From a virus: 64,000 bases of DNA. The DNA is taken from the IMG/VR virus record IMGVR_UViG_3300009124_000001. One strand, given 5' to 3'. The translations under genes were made by a program, and so were the position numbers. Of the stretch, positions 24,701 to 32,942 are shown in pieces. Position 1 is the stretch's first letter, and the number at the start of each line of letters is the position of its first letter. The notes beneath the pieces are model-generated. The model ran no database searches, was not told the DNA's origin, and saw only the letters and a list, made by a program, of their open reading frames with translations.

Positions 24701-27700
24701 GTCAGCAAGGTTAACTTCAATGTTAGGTGCTGCACTGATGTAGGACCAAAGGACAGCGCCATCGGTTACAATACCAATCTCATGTGTGGGTGCAGTGGAA
24801 CCAGAAGTTGCATTGTTTGTAGCAGAGTAAATCTTACCATCGCTCCAAACTTGATCATTCACAACATATGCCTTACCTGCTTCCCAAGCATTCTGAGCAC
24901 GCTTTACAGTAAAGGAAATTTCGTCAATTGTGTTTTCTTCTTCCTTGTCATTCTTAAAGAGGTCATCATTGTTAAAGGTTCCAAAGATCTTACCAACCTT
25001 ATAGGTTGTACCATAACCAGGAGTGTTAACACTTCCAACAGGAACATCTACAATGGTGCCAAATGCCTGAACAACGCCATTCTCATTGTACTGTTGAAGG
25101 ATAGATCCTTTCTCAAACTTAACTGCCTGATTGAAGACAAACTCCTTAACAGCATCAATCTTCTGATAACCAGCGTCTCTGATGTAATACTTCGGCAGAA
25201 CCACAGGTTCAATTTTGAGTTTTCTACCCAGAGGGGTAGGAATAGTCGATGTCTTAGTTGAGAAGGTATGTCTCTGAGTATTGAATGTATATGTTCCAGG
25301 TGCAAGGGTAGAAACGACATCAGAGAAGTCAAGGATTTGCAGACCCGAAGGACCTTCATTCCAAACGGTAATTACAGGATTGGAGAGTGTATTAACATTG
25401 AGAGTTGTGTTTGCTGTGAAGGAGATACTCTCAGTGTAGTTGCCATCATATCCAGCGAAGGTGGTGTTGTAATCACCTCTCTTGCTGTGCAGACGATCAA
25501 ACTTAACCAAATCGAGCGCAGAATCCTGAGTTGTAATTCTATAACGCTCAGTGGGCACTTGCAGAGAAGAACCACTATAAACTGCACGGGATTCGACGAC
25601 AATATCATCGATGTTGCCGACAAAACTGTTGTTCAGAAGAGGACCTGCTTCTTGACCACCAACAACCAGATCATTCATCGAAATTTCATCGACAACTGTT
25701 GCAGTTGCAACATTTACGCCATCGAAGTAGCAAGAATACACATAGGAACCGAGAGAGGGTTCTTCCTTGACCAAAGCAATATGGTGCCAGTCGCTATCTG
25801 CCAAAGTAGTAGCATAAGTCGAACCAATCGACCAAACAGTAGTGGTGCTACCGCCAGAAGGTGCAATTTCAAGTGCAATCTTACCAAAGTTGCCATCACC
25901 AGAATCAAGGTTCATAATGTACTGAACGGTGCTGCCAGAATCATCTTTGGCAGTAATCATCTCAATTCTGGGATTGTTGGTCCCATGAGTAGGTGCCATA
26001 CGGACCCACATCACATTTGTCCACTGTTCAGTCAAATTCAGGTCGGTCCACTTCAAATAGTTGGCATCTGCAACATTCAACGAATTTGCGCCAAATTTGA
26101 AGATAGAAGAGTCCTGAGAAACGGCACCGCCGTCATATACGCTAATTGTTGACTTATTCTGCTTAGTATCGTCAAAAGTGAGTACAGCGTTCTCAAATCT
26201 ATGTACAACCTCTTGAATGGGGTGTTGGAGGTTCAGTGGGAGAATAATATCACCAGAGTTGTCAACAGCATGAGTATTGGCAGTAAAACCAATGCCAGTA
26301 TCACTGCTGCTGCCATTCCATTGACCACGGGTCACATTTGTAGTATACAGAGAAGTTCCGTCATACTTGAATCCAGAAATGACTGCTTGCTGGTCATTAT
26401 CTTCATATACAACGTTAGTGACAACGTTAACATTGCCAAATACATCCAGAGAGACCCCAGCGTGCTTGATAGACTCAAAAGTGACCGTGGGTGCCATGAT
26501 CTTGGCAAAATCCCACTCAGGAGTCGCAACAGTCAGTCTGATTTGATCCAGGGCGATCTTGAAGAAGGCAACACCATAATTCTTGGTGCCATTCCACATA
26601 TCGCAGACAAAGAACAGATCATTGTACTCATCGAGAACAAATTGAGGTCTTTGAACGTCACCACCAGAAACTGCAAGACGTTTGACATATTTAAGTTCAA
26701 TATTCGCACCGTCATACTCCATGACGCCGAACAGAAGATCATTATTGTCTTCATCAATACCACAGAAGGCAACTTGATTGTCACCAAGGTAATACAGTTG
26801 ATGCATCTGCTCACCTTCGGTTTCAGATGCAAATTTACGCTTTTCAACTACATCACCTTGATTGTTGAGTTGCATGACCCAGATATCATCGGGATCGGGA
26901 GAGTTAGTGTCGGTCCAACCGCAAATATAGACTCTTTGCTCTTCATCCAGGTAGATATCACCAGCATAGTCGCGACGAGTCGTACCAGACACACCAGCAA
27001 TCTCTTTCTGGAATCTTACAATACCTTCGGGGTTGTTAGCATTGTCCAGACCAGACTCATACTTAGCAACCAGGATATCGGGGTTGTAATTAGCAGTTCC
27101 TTGGGATTCAGTTTCACCAATCAGGTAAATGAGATGATTAGATTCGGATGTCTGGTCAAGATACATCTTCTTCCAACGTGCAGTCTTGATGGATGCACTA
27201 GGAAGCAAAGATCTGTCCCAAACGAGACTACCGAGGTCATTATACTTGGCAAGGAATGCTGCACTGTCACCATTCGGTTGAAGGATCTCACCACAAACAT
27301 ACAGATTACGATCATCAGCAACAACTGAGTCGTGAATCTTGATTTGACAGTTTGTCTGAGTCTCAGAGTAGATTGTAGACCAATAATAAGTCTTCTTGAA
27401 CTTCTGGGGATGTGATACGCGAATTTCAGGAGGAATTTCAGTATCGTAGTTGAAACCAGAGTTGATAATATTAACTTTATCGATCTTACCTGTCGTTACA
27501 TCCAAATCAATATCAAGTTCAACGTCTTGACCACTGGTTGTAATGATTTCGTAGGTTGGAGGAATAGATTCGTTGTAACCAACACCAGTTTGCAGGACAT
27601 TGATGGAATCAATGCCTGTGACCACAGACATATAGAATCTCTTGTTGGTATTCTCTGTAATGACTCTGGAACTAACGATAACTTCGTCTTGGGCGATCAG

Positions 27701-30700
27701 TTCGTGATCTGTTTCTGTTGTAATTCTTCCGTAGGGGATGTCGTTGATGACTTCCTTTCTATATTGAGAAATTGCAGCACCTTGAACAGATTCAACTTGT
27801 GCGCTAGCGCCAAAACCATCCGTTCCAGTGTTATCGAAGAAGAGAGTATCAGTAACCTGATAGGATACACCAGGATTCTCAATAACAAATCCATCGATCT
27901 GAGCATTCTCAAATTTCGTTGTTGTCTCAACTTCGATATCGACTCTGGACTCTGTTGAAACTCTTGGGAAGTAATCATAGATTTGAAGTGCTGCTTCCTC
28001 AGTTAACGCCTGATCTGTGGCGATTTCGTTGGGAGAAATGATACCATCATTATCTATATCTTCTGTTTCAAACAGAATCAAGAATCCTTCCTTCTCAGTA
28101 ACCAACTGATCGGACTGTTGGTTGGGTTGACGATCAATATCAATGTCAACATCCTCATAAGGATCTCTATAACGAGAAACGTCAGAAGGAATGTTTTCCT
28201 GAGTGGCATTCAGACTGACGTTCCAAGTGTCAACCACAGAGTTGAATTCGGGACCAATGATATACGGGAACACAGGCAGACCTGCTTCCGAAGCATCAAT
28301 AGTGATGAAGTATGCATAGATGCCATCAGGATACTCAGGAGTCTTACAGAAACGACCATTGTAGGGGTCAAGGTCACCTTCTTGGAAGGTGTACTCATAG
28401 TCATCAATGAACTGACCAGCAGGGTAGTCAGTCAGAGAGGGACCATCGACACGAGCGGGATTTGGGTTGGTGTCAATATCATATACAACGTTTGTTTTCA
28501 GTTTGTAGGAAGAACGCATTCTTCTGATACCACCATTCTGATCGGTGGGATCGATATAACCATAAGGACCATAGATCGGGTTACCATCAAATGCCCAACC
28601 AATAATCGGGGAGTGACTGATGGACGCGCCAGTCTCAGTACCCTCTTCAATAAATTGATTGTTTTCGGGGTTCAGGATAACGTTATCACCGACTACATAA
28701 CGCAGTTCTTTCGGATCGGAAACGTGAGCATATTCGCCACCATACTGGTTGTTGAAACCAGTGAACACATAACCACGAGCAACGTCATACTTGTTACTCA
28801 GTTCATATTCAACGTTCTTGTTCCATCTAAACACAGATGCTTCAAACGTTGCAAGTTGTCCAACTGCTTCCAATCTGACAGTAGTGTTACCTTGGGTGTA
28901 ACCAACACCTCTGTTGGTAATTTGAATAGAGATAACCTTACCCTTATCTTCACCGAGGGTTCCGATAACTGCCTTTGCTTGGGCACCGAAACCATCACCA
29001 TTGATGTATACAGTGGGTGCAGTGGTGTATGCAGTACCAGAGTTAATGATAGCAATCGAAACGATACGACCATTAATAACGATTGGTTGTGCCAGGGCAC
29101 CTTCACCAGAGTTTAACTTAATGTTGGGAATATCAGTGTAACCGCTGCCTCGGGCGGTAAGGGTAACACCCGTGATTGGACCACGAACTTGGGCAGTAGC
29201 AAGGGCACCAGCACCGCCACCACCAGTAATAGAGATAGTGGGTTGTGCTGTATATCCAGTACCAGGGTTACCGACCAAAACACGAGTCACACGACCGTTG
29301 GTAACAACTGCTTGTGCAGTAGCACCAGATCCACCACCACCAACGATGGAGATCAGAGGTTGCGAGGTATAACCACTACCTTCATTAGTAACTTCAATAG
29401 AACTCAGGGAACCATTAACGATTACCTCAGCAGCAGCACCGCTACCACCGCCACCAGTGATTTCTAGTTGTGGTTTGCTACCAGCATCATAGTCAATACC
29501 ACCATTAGTGATGCTAATGCCAGTCACAGGACCATATGTAACAAACTCTTGGTCTTTGTAAGACCATGCTGCAACGCCATTGACCCATGCACCAATCGGA
29601 GTGTTGGGTTTGACAACAGTTCTAGTAGATACAGTATTTACTGTTCTGGGGAATCTCAGCAGTTTGCGCTGGTTACCAGGAATGAGTGCCGATCCACTGA
29701 AAGGACCAATCTTGTAGTTGGGCAGACCAGAGGCAGCAACGTAAACGTAATCGTTATTGAAGAAAGTGTTCTGAATGTTAGAAGTAAACAGAGAGATCAC
29801 TTCATCGATCGTGTCCTGTGTGGACTTACCTCTGTTTAGGTCCACAGACAGCAGAATGTTACCCTGAGGTTCGATGTCAGTAGGAACAGGGATCAGATAC
29901 GAGAAGGTGAACTCATCCAGACGTGCAGTAACTTCAAACGTACCGTTATAAACAGCAGGGTTAGCACCATAGATGGTCACAGCGTCTTCGACGAGCAAAC
30001 CATGAGGATTGGCGCAAGTAACAGTTGCAGTTCTGTTCAGACCGCCTGGTTCAATACGATCAACGCGGATTAGTTTCTTAACGTTGTACAACCAAGACTG
30101 CAAACGTTGATCATCAGCAGTAGAACCCAGAGCAGCAACATTCAGTTTGTCGCCAGGCAGATAATAGGATCCACTGTCTTCGAGAACAGTTGTTGCTGCC
30201 TCAGCAATACCCAGAATACGAAGTTTGACTTCTGTTTCCAGTCCTCTGTTGACATATACAAAGATATCAGAATGGATCGTTGTACCAGGATCCCAATCCT
30301 CTACAATGCCATTTTTGGAACGAGTACACTCGATGAATTGGTTCAGAGACTTATCTTTGTACTGAACAACCTCACTATCATCAATAATGATCGTACCGTT
30401 CTTCTCAGGCCATCCAATAGTGGAGTCAACGGTAATAATGCTCTCGGTAGTGTCCAGAGGTTCAACCAAGACTGTTTTGTAGGGAATCTTAAACTCACCG
30501 CTCAATGTTTCTTCGGAAATGGCGAGTTCGTAGATAACATCAGTACCTTCGATAATCGAAATGACATTTTCGATCAAAACTGACGCATCTTTGATATTCT
30601 GGTCAACAGGATCAGCAATTTGAACCAACTGAGCGTTAGTCAGGTTGACGGGATCACCAGAAATCAACTGAGCACGCAAAATAGTGTCTACGACCCAAGA

Positions 30701-32935
30701 TGCCGCAGACGGAGTGATCATTTCATCCTTAGGATAGAAAACGTCAATCTCTTCACCAAACAGAATCTTAAACAGATACTGTGTAGCAACTTTTGTACCC
30801 TTAGAGAGGTAGAAGTCCTTAATGTCTCTAATAACACGAACAGGATTGACCTGAGAGTAGTCAATCTGGATCGTGGGCATATATTGACGACGGAACTTGT
30901 CAAATACCTCACGAATAATCTGAGAATCGAGGTTATGGACTATTGAACCAGAAGTATGACTTGTTTGTGCAAGTGCAGTCTCGGGTGCATATACCTGATT
31001 GCCATAATCATCAAATTCAACAACATCAGAGACGCCACGAGCACATCCACGCAGTGAAGAAGGTTCATAATTACGACCACCAGAGAGAATGTTGAAACCA
31101 GTGACCTCACCGAAACCAACATCGCAAGATGCCTGTGCAGAAAGAGGTTCAGCGATGTAAACCTTGGGTGGTTGAGTATCAGAATACCCAGAACCGAAGT
31201 TAACGATGTTGATGTCAGTGATTTCTCCGTTAAAGATAGTAGCAACTGCCTCGGCACCAGTACCACCTATGGGTTCGCCCAGAGGTCCCTTACGATCGTC
31301 AACAATATAGACAGAAGGAGCATCGGTGTAACCAGAACCACCTGTCAACAGGTTGATGTTGGTCACATTCCCGTTCGCAACAGTCACGTCGAGCACCTGT
31401 GCGCCCACAGGTTGGATGATACGTGCTCTCGGGGCAGAAGTGTACCCTCTACCTCTATTTGTGATGGTTACGCTGACAACTTGACCATCAGGAGACACAG
31501 AGCAAGTTGCTTCGGCATTGATACCATCCTCAGGAGCAGGATCAATGTAAATTTCGGGAGGATTGCTATAACCAAGACCAGTCTTGACCACAGAAATCGA
31601 ATTAGCAACGAGACGACCCTCAGAATCGATTATAGGATTGCTAATTTCAGCACCATTCGGGTTGATAAACGAAATGGCAGGAATGAAGTCATATCCAGAA
31701 CCAGAGTTAGTGATCTCGATTCCAGAAACTTGACCAGTAGTGTCATCAACAGTAATTCTTGCTGCTGCCTGAGATCCATTGATCAAATCAGACGGAGGAG
31801 TGATGCTGATGACAGGTGGATTATAAGAATTGTAACCCTGACCACCATTAATCAGTTTGGCATCCTTGATACCATTGACAAGAGTACGACCAGCGGCAGC
31901 TTCACCAATACCAGTCGAAGAGAAGATTGAAAGTTTGGGGGCAAAGTTTAGTTCGTACCCTTTACCACCATTTTTGACAATAATTCTATCAATCTCACCA
32001 TTAGCACCAACACGAGCAACTGCCTCAGCGTCTTGACCAACAGTCGGAGACACATATTCAATAGAACGAATATGGAATGTGTCCTGAGTAGAGATATTGA
32101 TGAAATACTTGATTCTAGTGTTGTTATCAGTCAACACATAGTCAACATAGGGGCGTTGAAGCACACCATTCCTATTGATGATTAGACCGATCTCAGCGAT
32201 CGGAGCATATGCAAGATTATCATACTGCATGGTCATAGAATCTTGACCTTGCAGATCTGCAACAGGAGGCAGATCCAATTCCTTAATAATCGAATCGGCA
32301 AAACCAATGTAATACAGGATCTGTGTCAGTTCTACCTGATCGTTGCCTGTGCGGGCACGAGGTGCCTCTGTAAAGATGATCTCAGACCCACTGATGGTGT
32401 AGTCTACTTGGGGGATCAGAAGGTCCCCATAGATGGTTACAGCGAGGTGTTCAGCAGATACAGGAGATACGGGTGTACCGAGGAATTTAAGATCAAATGT
32501 TCTGCGAGTGCCGTCAAAGAACTCCCAAGGAGATTCGAGTGCCTGTCTTTTCTTATTAAATTCTTCAAGAGAGATACCAGGGGTCAGAATAGCATCAGGA
32601 CCACGAACGGTATTCTCATAGTAAATGACTTCATTATCAATCATCACCGAACCATTGTTCGGCATAAATCCATCAATCTGTTCGACTTCGATTAGATCGT
32701 TGGTGGGATCAACGTCCTTAATCAACACCGTCGAGGACGTTAAAGTCTTCTGGTCGTAAGCATCAATATCCAGATATTTCAGGATGTTGTTCAGAACGTT
32801 ATAGGAACGACCTGTCTTCTCCTGAGACTTATAGTATTCAACTAAAAAGTTGATCAGTTGCTCATCCTCATTACGGATGAACTCTGGGAGCTGATTGGCA
32901 ACTCTATCAGAAACGTTGATCGTATTTGCGAACAT
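12722..32935 (-). CDS. gp7: Giant baseplate wedge initiator gp7-like protein (6737 aa), multidomain
   Basis: N-terminus VANQLPEFIRNEDEQLINFLVEYYKSQE; IKDFYLSKGT..ATQYLFKILFGE; KIQDSFFYQNFSYVIKSEIP..W...HPVGFNMFG; directly follows gp6. Embedded YHYH-like, propeller-like, two LamG, CBM5/12-like, phycobiliprotein-like and Ig domains. Confidence 0.85.
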   Translation of the reverse strand: MFANTINVSDRVANQLPEFIRNEDEQLINFLVEYYKSQEKTGRSYNVLNNILKYLDIDAYDQKTLTSSTVLIKDVDPTNDLIEVEQIDGFMPNNGSVMIDNEVIYYENTVRGPDAILTPGISLEEFNKKRQALESPWEFFDGTRRTFDLKFLGTPVSPVSAEHLAVTIYGDLLIPQVDYTISGSEIIFTEAPRARTGNDQVELTQILYYIGFADSIIKELDLPPVADLQGQDSMTMQYDNLAYAPIAEIGLIINRNGVLQRPYVDYVLTDNNTRIKYFINISTQDTFHIRSIEYVSPTVGQDAEAVARVGANGEIDRIIVKNGGKGYELNFAPKLSIFSSTGIGEAAAGRTLVNGIKDAKLINGGQGYNSYNPPVISITPPSDLINGSQAAARITVDDTTGQVSGIEITNSGSGYDFIPAISFINPNGAEISNPIIDSEGRLVANSISVVKTGLGYSNPPEIYIDPAPEDGINAEATCSVSPDGQVVSVTITNRGRGYTSAPRARIIQPVGAQVLDVTVANGNVTNINLLTGGSGYTDAPSVYIVDDRKGPLGEPIGGTGAEAVATIFNGEITDINIVNFGSGYSDTQPPKVYIAEPLSAQASCDVGFGEVTGFNILSGGRNYEPSSLRGCARGVSDVVEFDDYGNQVYAPETALAQTSHTSGSIVHNLDSQIIREVFDKFRRQYMPTIQIDYSQVNPVRVIRDIKDFYLSKGTKVATQYLFKILFGEEIDVFYPKDEMITPSAASWVVDTILRAQLISGDPVNLTNAQLVQIADPVDQNIKDASVLIENVISIIEGTDVIYELAISEETLSGEFKIPYKTVLVEPLDTTESIITVDSTIGWPEKNGTIIIDDSEVVQYKDKSLNQFIECTRSKNGIVEDWDPGTTIHSDIFVYVNRGLETEVKLRILGIAEAATTVLEDSGSYYLPGDKLNVAALGSTADDQRLQSWLYNVKKLIRVDRIEPGGLNRTATVTCANPHGLLVEDAVTIYGANPAVYNGTFEVTARLDEFTFSYLIPVPTDIEPQGNILLSVDLNRGKSTQDTIDEVISLFTSNIQNTFFNNDYVYVAASGLPNYKIGPFSGSALIPGNQRKLLRFPRTVNTVSTRTVVKPNTPIGAWVNGVAAWSYKDQEFVTYGPVTGISITNGGIDYDAGSKPQLEITGGGGSGAAAEVIVNGSLSSIEVTNEGSGYTSQPLISIVGGGGSGATAQAVVTNGRVTRVLVGNPGTGYTAQPTISITGGGGAGALATAQVRGPITGVTLTARGSGYTDIPNIKLNSGEGALAQPIVINGRIVSIAIINSGTAYTTAPTVYINGDGFGAQAKAVIGTLGEDKGKVISIQITNRGVGYTQGNTTVRLEAVGQLATFEASVFRWNKNVEYELSNKYDVARGYVFTGFNNQYGGEYAHVSDPKELRYVVGDNVILNPENNQFIEEGTETGASISHSPIIGWAFDGNPIYGPYGYIDPTDQNGGIRRMRSSYKLKTNVVYDIDTNPNPARVDGPSLTDYPAGQFIDDYEYTFQEGDLDPYNGRFCKTPEYPDGIYAYFITIDASEAGLPVFPYIIGPEFNSVVDTWNVSLNATQENIPSDVSRYRDPYEDVDIDIDRQPNQQSDQLVTEKEGFLILFETEDIDNDGIISPNEIATDQALTEEAALQIYDYFPRVSTESRVDIEVETTTKFENAQIDGFVIENPGVSYQVTDTLFFDNTGTDGFGASAQVESVQGAAISQYRKEVINDIPYGRITTETDHELIAQDEVIVSSRVITENTNKRFYMSVVTGIDSINVLQTGVGYNESIPPTYEIITTSGQDVELDIDLDVTTGKIDKVNIINSGFNYDTEIPPEIRVSHPQKFKKTYYWSTIYSETQTNCQIKIHDSVVADDRNLYVCGEILQPNGDSAAFLAKYNDLGSLVWDRSLLPSASIKTARWKKMYLDQTSESNHLIYLIGETESQGTANYNPDILVAKYESGLDNANNPEGIVRFQKEIAGVSGTTRRDYAGDIYLDEEQRVYICGWTDTNSPDPDDIWVMQLNNQGDVVEKRKFASETEGEQMHQLYYLGDNQVAFCGIDEDNNDLLFGVMEYDGANIELKYVKRLAVSGGDVQRPQFVLDEYNDLFFVCDMWNGTKNYGVAFFKIALDQIRLTVATPEWDFAKIMAPTVTFESIKHAGVSLDVFGNVNVVTNVVYEDNDQQAVISGFKYDGTSLYTTNVTRGQWNGSSSDTGIGFTANTHAVDNSGDIILPLNLQHPIQEVVHRFENAVLTFDDTKQNKSTISVYDGGAVSQDSSIFKFGANSLNVADANYLKWTDLNLTEQWTNVMWVRMAPTHGTNNPRIEMITAKDDSGSTVQYIMNLDSGDGNFGKIALEIAPSGGSTTTVWSIGSTYATTLADSDWHHIALVKEEPSLGSYVYSCYFDGVNVATATVVDEISMNDLVVGGQEAGPLLNNSFVGNIDDIVVESRAVYSGSSLQVPTERYRITTQDSALDLVKFDRLHSKRGDYNTTFAGYDGNYTESISFTANTTLNVNTLSNPVITVWNEGPSGLQILDFSDVVSTLAPGTYTFNTQRHTFSTKTSTIPTPLGRKLKIEPVVLPKYYIRDAGYQKIDAVKEFVFNQAVKFEKGSILQQYNENGVVQAFGTIVDVPVGSVNTPGYGTTYKVGKIFGTFNNDDLFKNDKEEENTIDEISFTVKRAQNAWEAGKAYVVNDQVWSDGKIYSATNNATSGSTAPTHEIGIVTDGAVLWSYISAAPNIEVNLADFPWPAPTDPEWIATTTYVAGDVVYFGRNKYTCATGGVSGTVGPSHTTGSAADGSVTWNFVSTYDPLSDYARFRPFTLTDYRVTIVNTYAGSDFIIGDVVSLGNSINAGPKADTDNKIAEVSGLASVKEITLTVNLNKDIIRTAENRTDLIYCSALTPHNFKAKDILFVEGFTTAEFNGSFFVKEVFSTRDFTYKLRTIATGEPAFAQGAISRVKISSKHPTLLLVRNHSYIFDLSDSSNFGYYLSFAQDNQFKLEYSFNVIEREGTPGLSSAAETPVVKFTIGGEVTNITYYFDPSRTGATSPVGSNSFIDVIKTPYDGRFQISEVLSDTEFRFPLLYEPEFNNAEIGLDDQDKSNTIYSTTSKKAIGPINSIKLISPGGFYKKLPIISDIASDRKIEKLRILSGGTEYAPGVYTQVSILGDGEGGLCNITVENDDIIGSGTVTQVALTDPGKGYTFGSIDIDAIQGILGPTLSGSGAEIQVVIPAEGTGAAVFLTGKQIGKIKTLKNNEFGYGYSHDYTLRPEIAFPINLQLFNTSILSQITITDPGAGYTSAPAVIISGGGGTGAEAEAVVKNNRLSEILIKNPGAGYSSQPNVTLKSEFTYVVNLDLNYLQFNFPHGITTGAEVQFRADAIGSTVGELPKPSSVGLTSLSSAQTYYAIAGEVNGLESDQLRFALTPVDAESGNFITFLTQGAGRQVLLTEVFGGKAEAVVETSRFLEGEEVFQGETRELATATGIVSINDGWQIEPKILKVTNPDGDFLVGGKVQGVISRASGVIDNINIAKGVLNIDAITKTAGRFTDDVGKPSEIVQKIQDSFFYQNFSYVIKSEIPINRWKNQILQNNHPVGFNMFGQLSLTGGKDISGRKVAADFTKQVNINEYTNVNEITSFGAAQPIYSTFNNSEVLFRKKRLTNSEEILTSIVKKIDDISGQFDGLKKNFPLRVEGEQVIVKDNQLLITINGVIQSPGSSYQVVGNEIVFSEPPRPDSKVVYRNIAFDFMPITRLNLNSIAGIFPSIGDNVFGFETETTAKVVATGATSIDVVDISGSFALNERVDVNRTGFSALIGTIEKSFTKLFLQSIGGTFDTGLIGDIIVGQTTGARATITSIDLTDNSIQVTDMSNGFFDRGEDINFFNAGYGANVLNIDSVNYKTIFEFGETVTNMTGDTAVIEESNLDLDGNISDKLVLSKTSGTAEFETGQYNLFLNDIFYSAASNIAARITSISPYRDPIVSINLVRPVPAGAWSTMVEGDKFEGITSGATGEVVKIDFEASPPVLYYLKNSETDLTDGETVQGYTEFAGVRTYTATTETVSGEVRLGDVVDTLTINKGSTFFGMIFERLISLTNQNVILDDISKTTITPVEILDSSDRVNADFLDFEEVRSTEVEFENLTGGTIAVGDVIRSITVTYGNPVTDALNRWFDAANRIAANKQEIVDFANAEIAVQHPGFYYPGDNQTDQFSRYADAYRLIHRNKDYIIAKSYSDMVVQYPSLPIPSPTKCRRDIGHFIDAISMDMFQGGTVYTRKFLQMYFSDDGLTFLYINNEAEATEYAFEQALGYMKNALTNMLTGTDTVDAVVYNLYDERSTGGSSGTGITADPSPGNPYGTPGSNADNFGANNCSDVQSALQTLFDNVSEVLLAGSLSDLIELSEPSTYSSNETKCRRDIGYFVDALVQDIKGDGNYGVVTFTKFYFDANGAPISNGLVGETAESITAFNKARDMAKLAINNLLYDKDLTLVYDPTTYSGPYLTSPTEGHTYDPNYASGNNQDAANCADVQAALDTLTTIATTAINAGNLNNINALAVISDGSFQENENLRVYKISYKDPGANGLFLPGETISGTTSGATFTAKGTNAGLKWLFTDSITGIFQNREYITNTRLTANGSAVLTGLEYKSGTKSLRLDAGAYLSHTLSDVQKFGTEDFTIEMWVRPTTISGVQYLFDTRTSGTSENGSPVLYLNGANIAWWYNGSDQISAAHGLGTNAWHHIAVTRTTNITKIWVNGSQVGGDYTDNNNYLERAFTIGADLNGASGFVGHLDNIIIKKGVSDYSQTFTPGFTFPTDNQNISFSMSMELPLIISNEERYATYTGQTNSSATAKSIDYDEKTIIVEDINLARDEYRKSADMIELNLDWIAEVAVGLMKEKYPDFVMPGDTADGAGVQQGTNFCLRDTKEYILKAVIEDMRYGGNYNSVIAGRGYLTKQGGLNYVGNELLQSIFTWTELAVVINYVITTTDTDLVNYNGTKYTDILRIPNNFASPASQAIQDEVVLLCDTIADILGPTGNRFRDAGDLIWKNRDYIAYETVGWLNDYYSAEINNTQYDFLDIPGYNGDVVCARDIKEYILPAVITDLITGGNSATQYVIDFYINNNNEIIHVENELGAMLDAFSYVKKLVLHAVSNTLLNFGTTSSELGVASELQDDYYVAQFTEIPAYRDTTITIDSKGYDYQDTVSNYNIDAANMLERNKHVIAKEAVYTMNDLSKYLDLAIPGGSKNCEDDVMGVIDAVIHDLRFGGNSATYDAALLYLNPEDDSLLHIEQEAEAAIDVYKIAMEICILTMRNGFGRDNLYIYQAEGGAGGAINPGGVGTSSVDAVDVATYEQNATDDRFIDGSHIIERNIRLIAEEAVSQGLAQFPSLVIPGGNINCVHDVTDMLHAMVWNLRFGGNNKMFRAAEFYVSNGSLAHITSQSTESIWIINKARDLAITVMRDQPITITGAHGFSQKYFADLDFFPYNQGGYVVTQDTLNPGNECADVASAITDLFSVVTDTITTPASITDGTITKSLPNCWPVKYAPEMVVRDTTVTYDSAASAWNETCPQTASTIETLFDIVINTISEASAGNSSHLAGITRDVGYNTNNQYQFYTCYDVSSAAESLFDLMLDTLGGGSNSDRSVARRILFNRHAISAKAFAEVQTAYPTTTAEESFGDTLLGGLLYDLNTGGNQGVLRIVNTWFDGEGNFIAFPDVTKQHLLWFVTRISEYCKRALDDYNDNLVGGEWYGYDIYLDPTHQGTNAIENRYEYEPESTQFKIDSSLNAAYFAISRGTPPSQNKIQWTNNVHATNNQNLYDEGLDWNTDPDLIINTPTVEVGFERRENKITINRPNFYSRGDILSYVVASNDVEAAFADQEYFYVLNATPSAFEITKEIRHDARFAPFAVNLATTGQQQLQLNVRSGITRTTTTYGTRDIDNPVSGGFSLADVVVGTSSNATSEIVRTRNNEANIIKIYQRFDIGVATGRFNIGERVQVQGAGTNYGTVLQTSPLTGDNEDEGWIYVENITGSFSVSDILEGVDSAQTAEITSAARDRMLINTERGSFGVDEMLFNKSNGAEADIVAYENSAGSLTSNTGGRIAIDIETLEQDFIDGDIIYGSITDKILNIANITRDSFRDIELNQYVHAVKTIECDVNTVLRDQGFTGDFKKGDFVYLLQGSIPKIPGWTAVVTDYLYDPDNSIHKIWIANLQPYGADADGNTTTDPNELLSGGLGKFENLNNFPVIQCDISNVSVTEYTSYGKVSGKSISGDTGRIWLEDVVGDFPSNLTIISDYGWSAGVTQSKNLLARCDRYFRGFDGTATSFKLTVSNGEAYFPDPAGHLLVFVNGVLQPPGANYAYTAFSDSIQFTEPPTIGSEFIGYYVGKLRQLDDISFEFDSLRSSFNLKYQGGFYSLTLTEGVSSNTILPENNIIVSLNGVIQEAGVGYELVGSRIIFAEIPRAGSTFVAFSYIGSDADVIAATVVPPIEAGDILQIEGEADEREVALIESSNSLITFEYTGTVKGRGAEAVANIKSGEITEAIITSPGDGYTSRPSVDVISATGFDGRVRALMGILRIDVKTGGVGYAQPAVAVETTVDDDFVPPTGPAVNQGFDTYAGEGTDPQGNPIVIVPGYIQIASQPTNVTVNQGQTAEFTVVANFIQSSDNQIGTTALNYQWQRKQYGETDWNNITGQTSNVYDSNPAEQADDGDEFRVAITAAGATPVYSNSVILTVQTGATIISNFNPTQIFQ

Positions 32936-32942
32936 TTATCTC

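Noticed and set aside
12722-32935. Intein or intron explaining the size of gp7
   Set aside because: No C/S...HN-C/S/T splice motifs or LAGLIDADG/HNH segment recognised; the length is explained by repeats and adhesion domains
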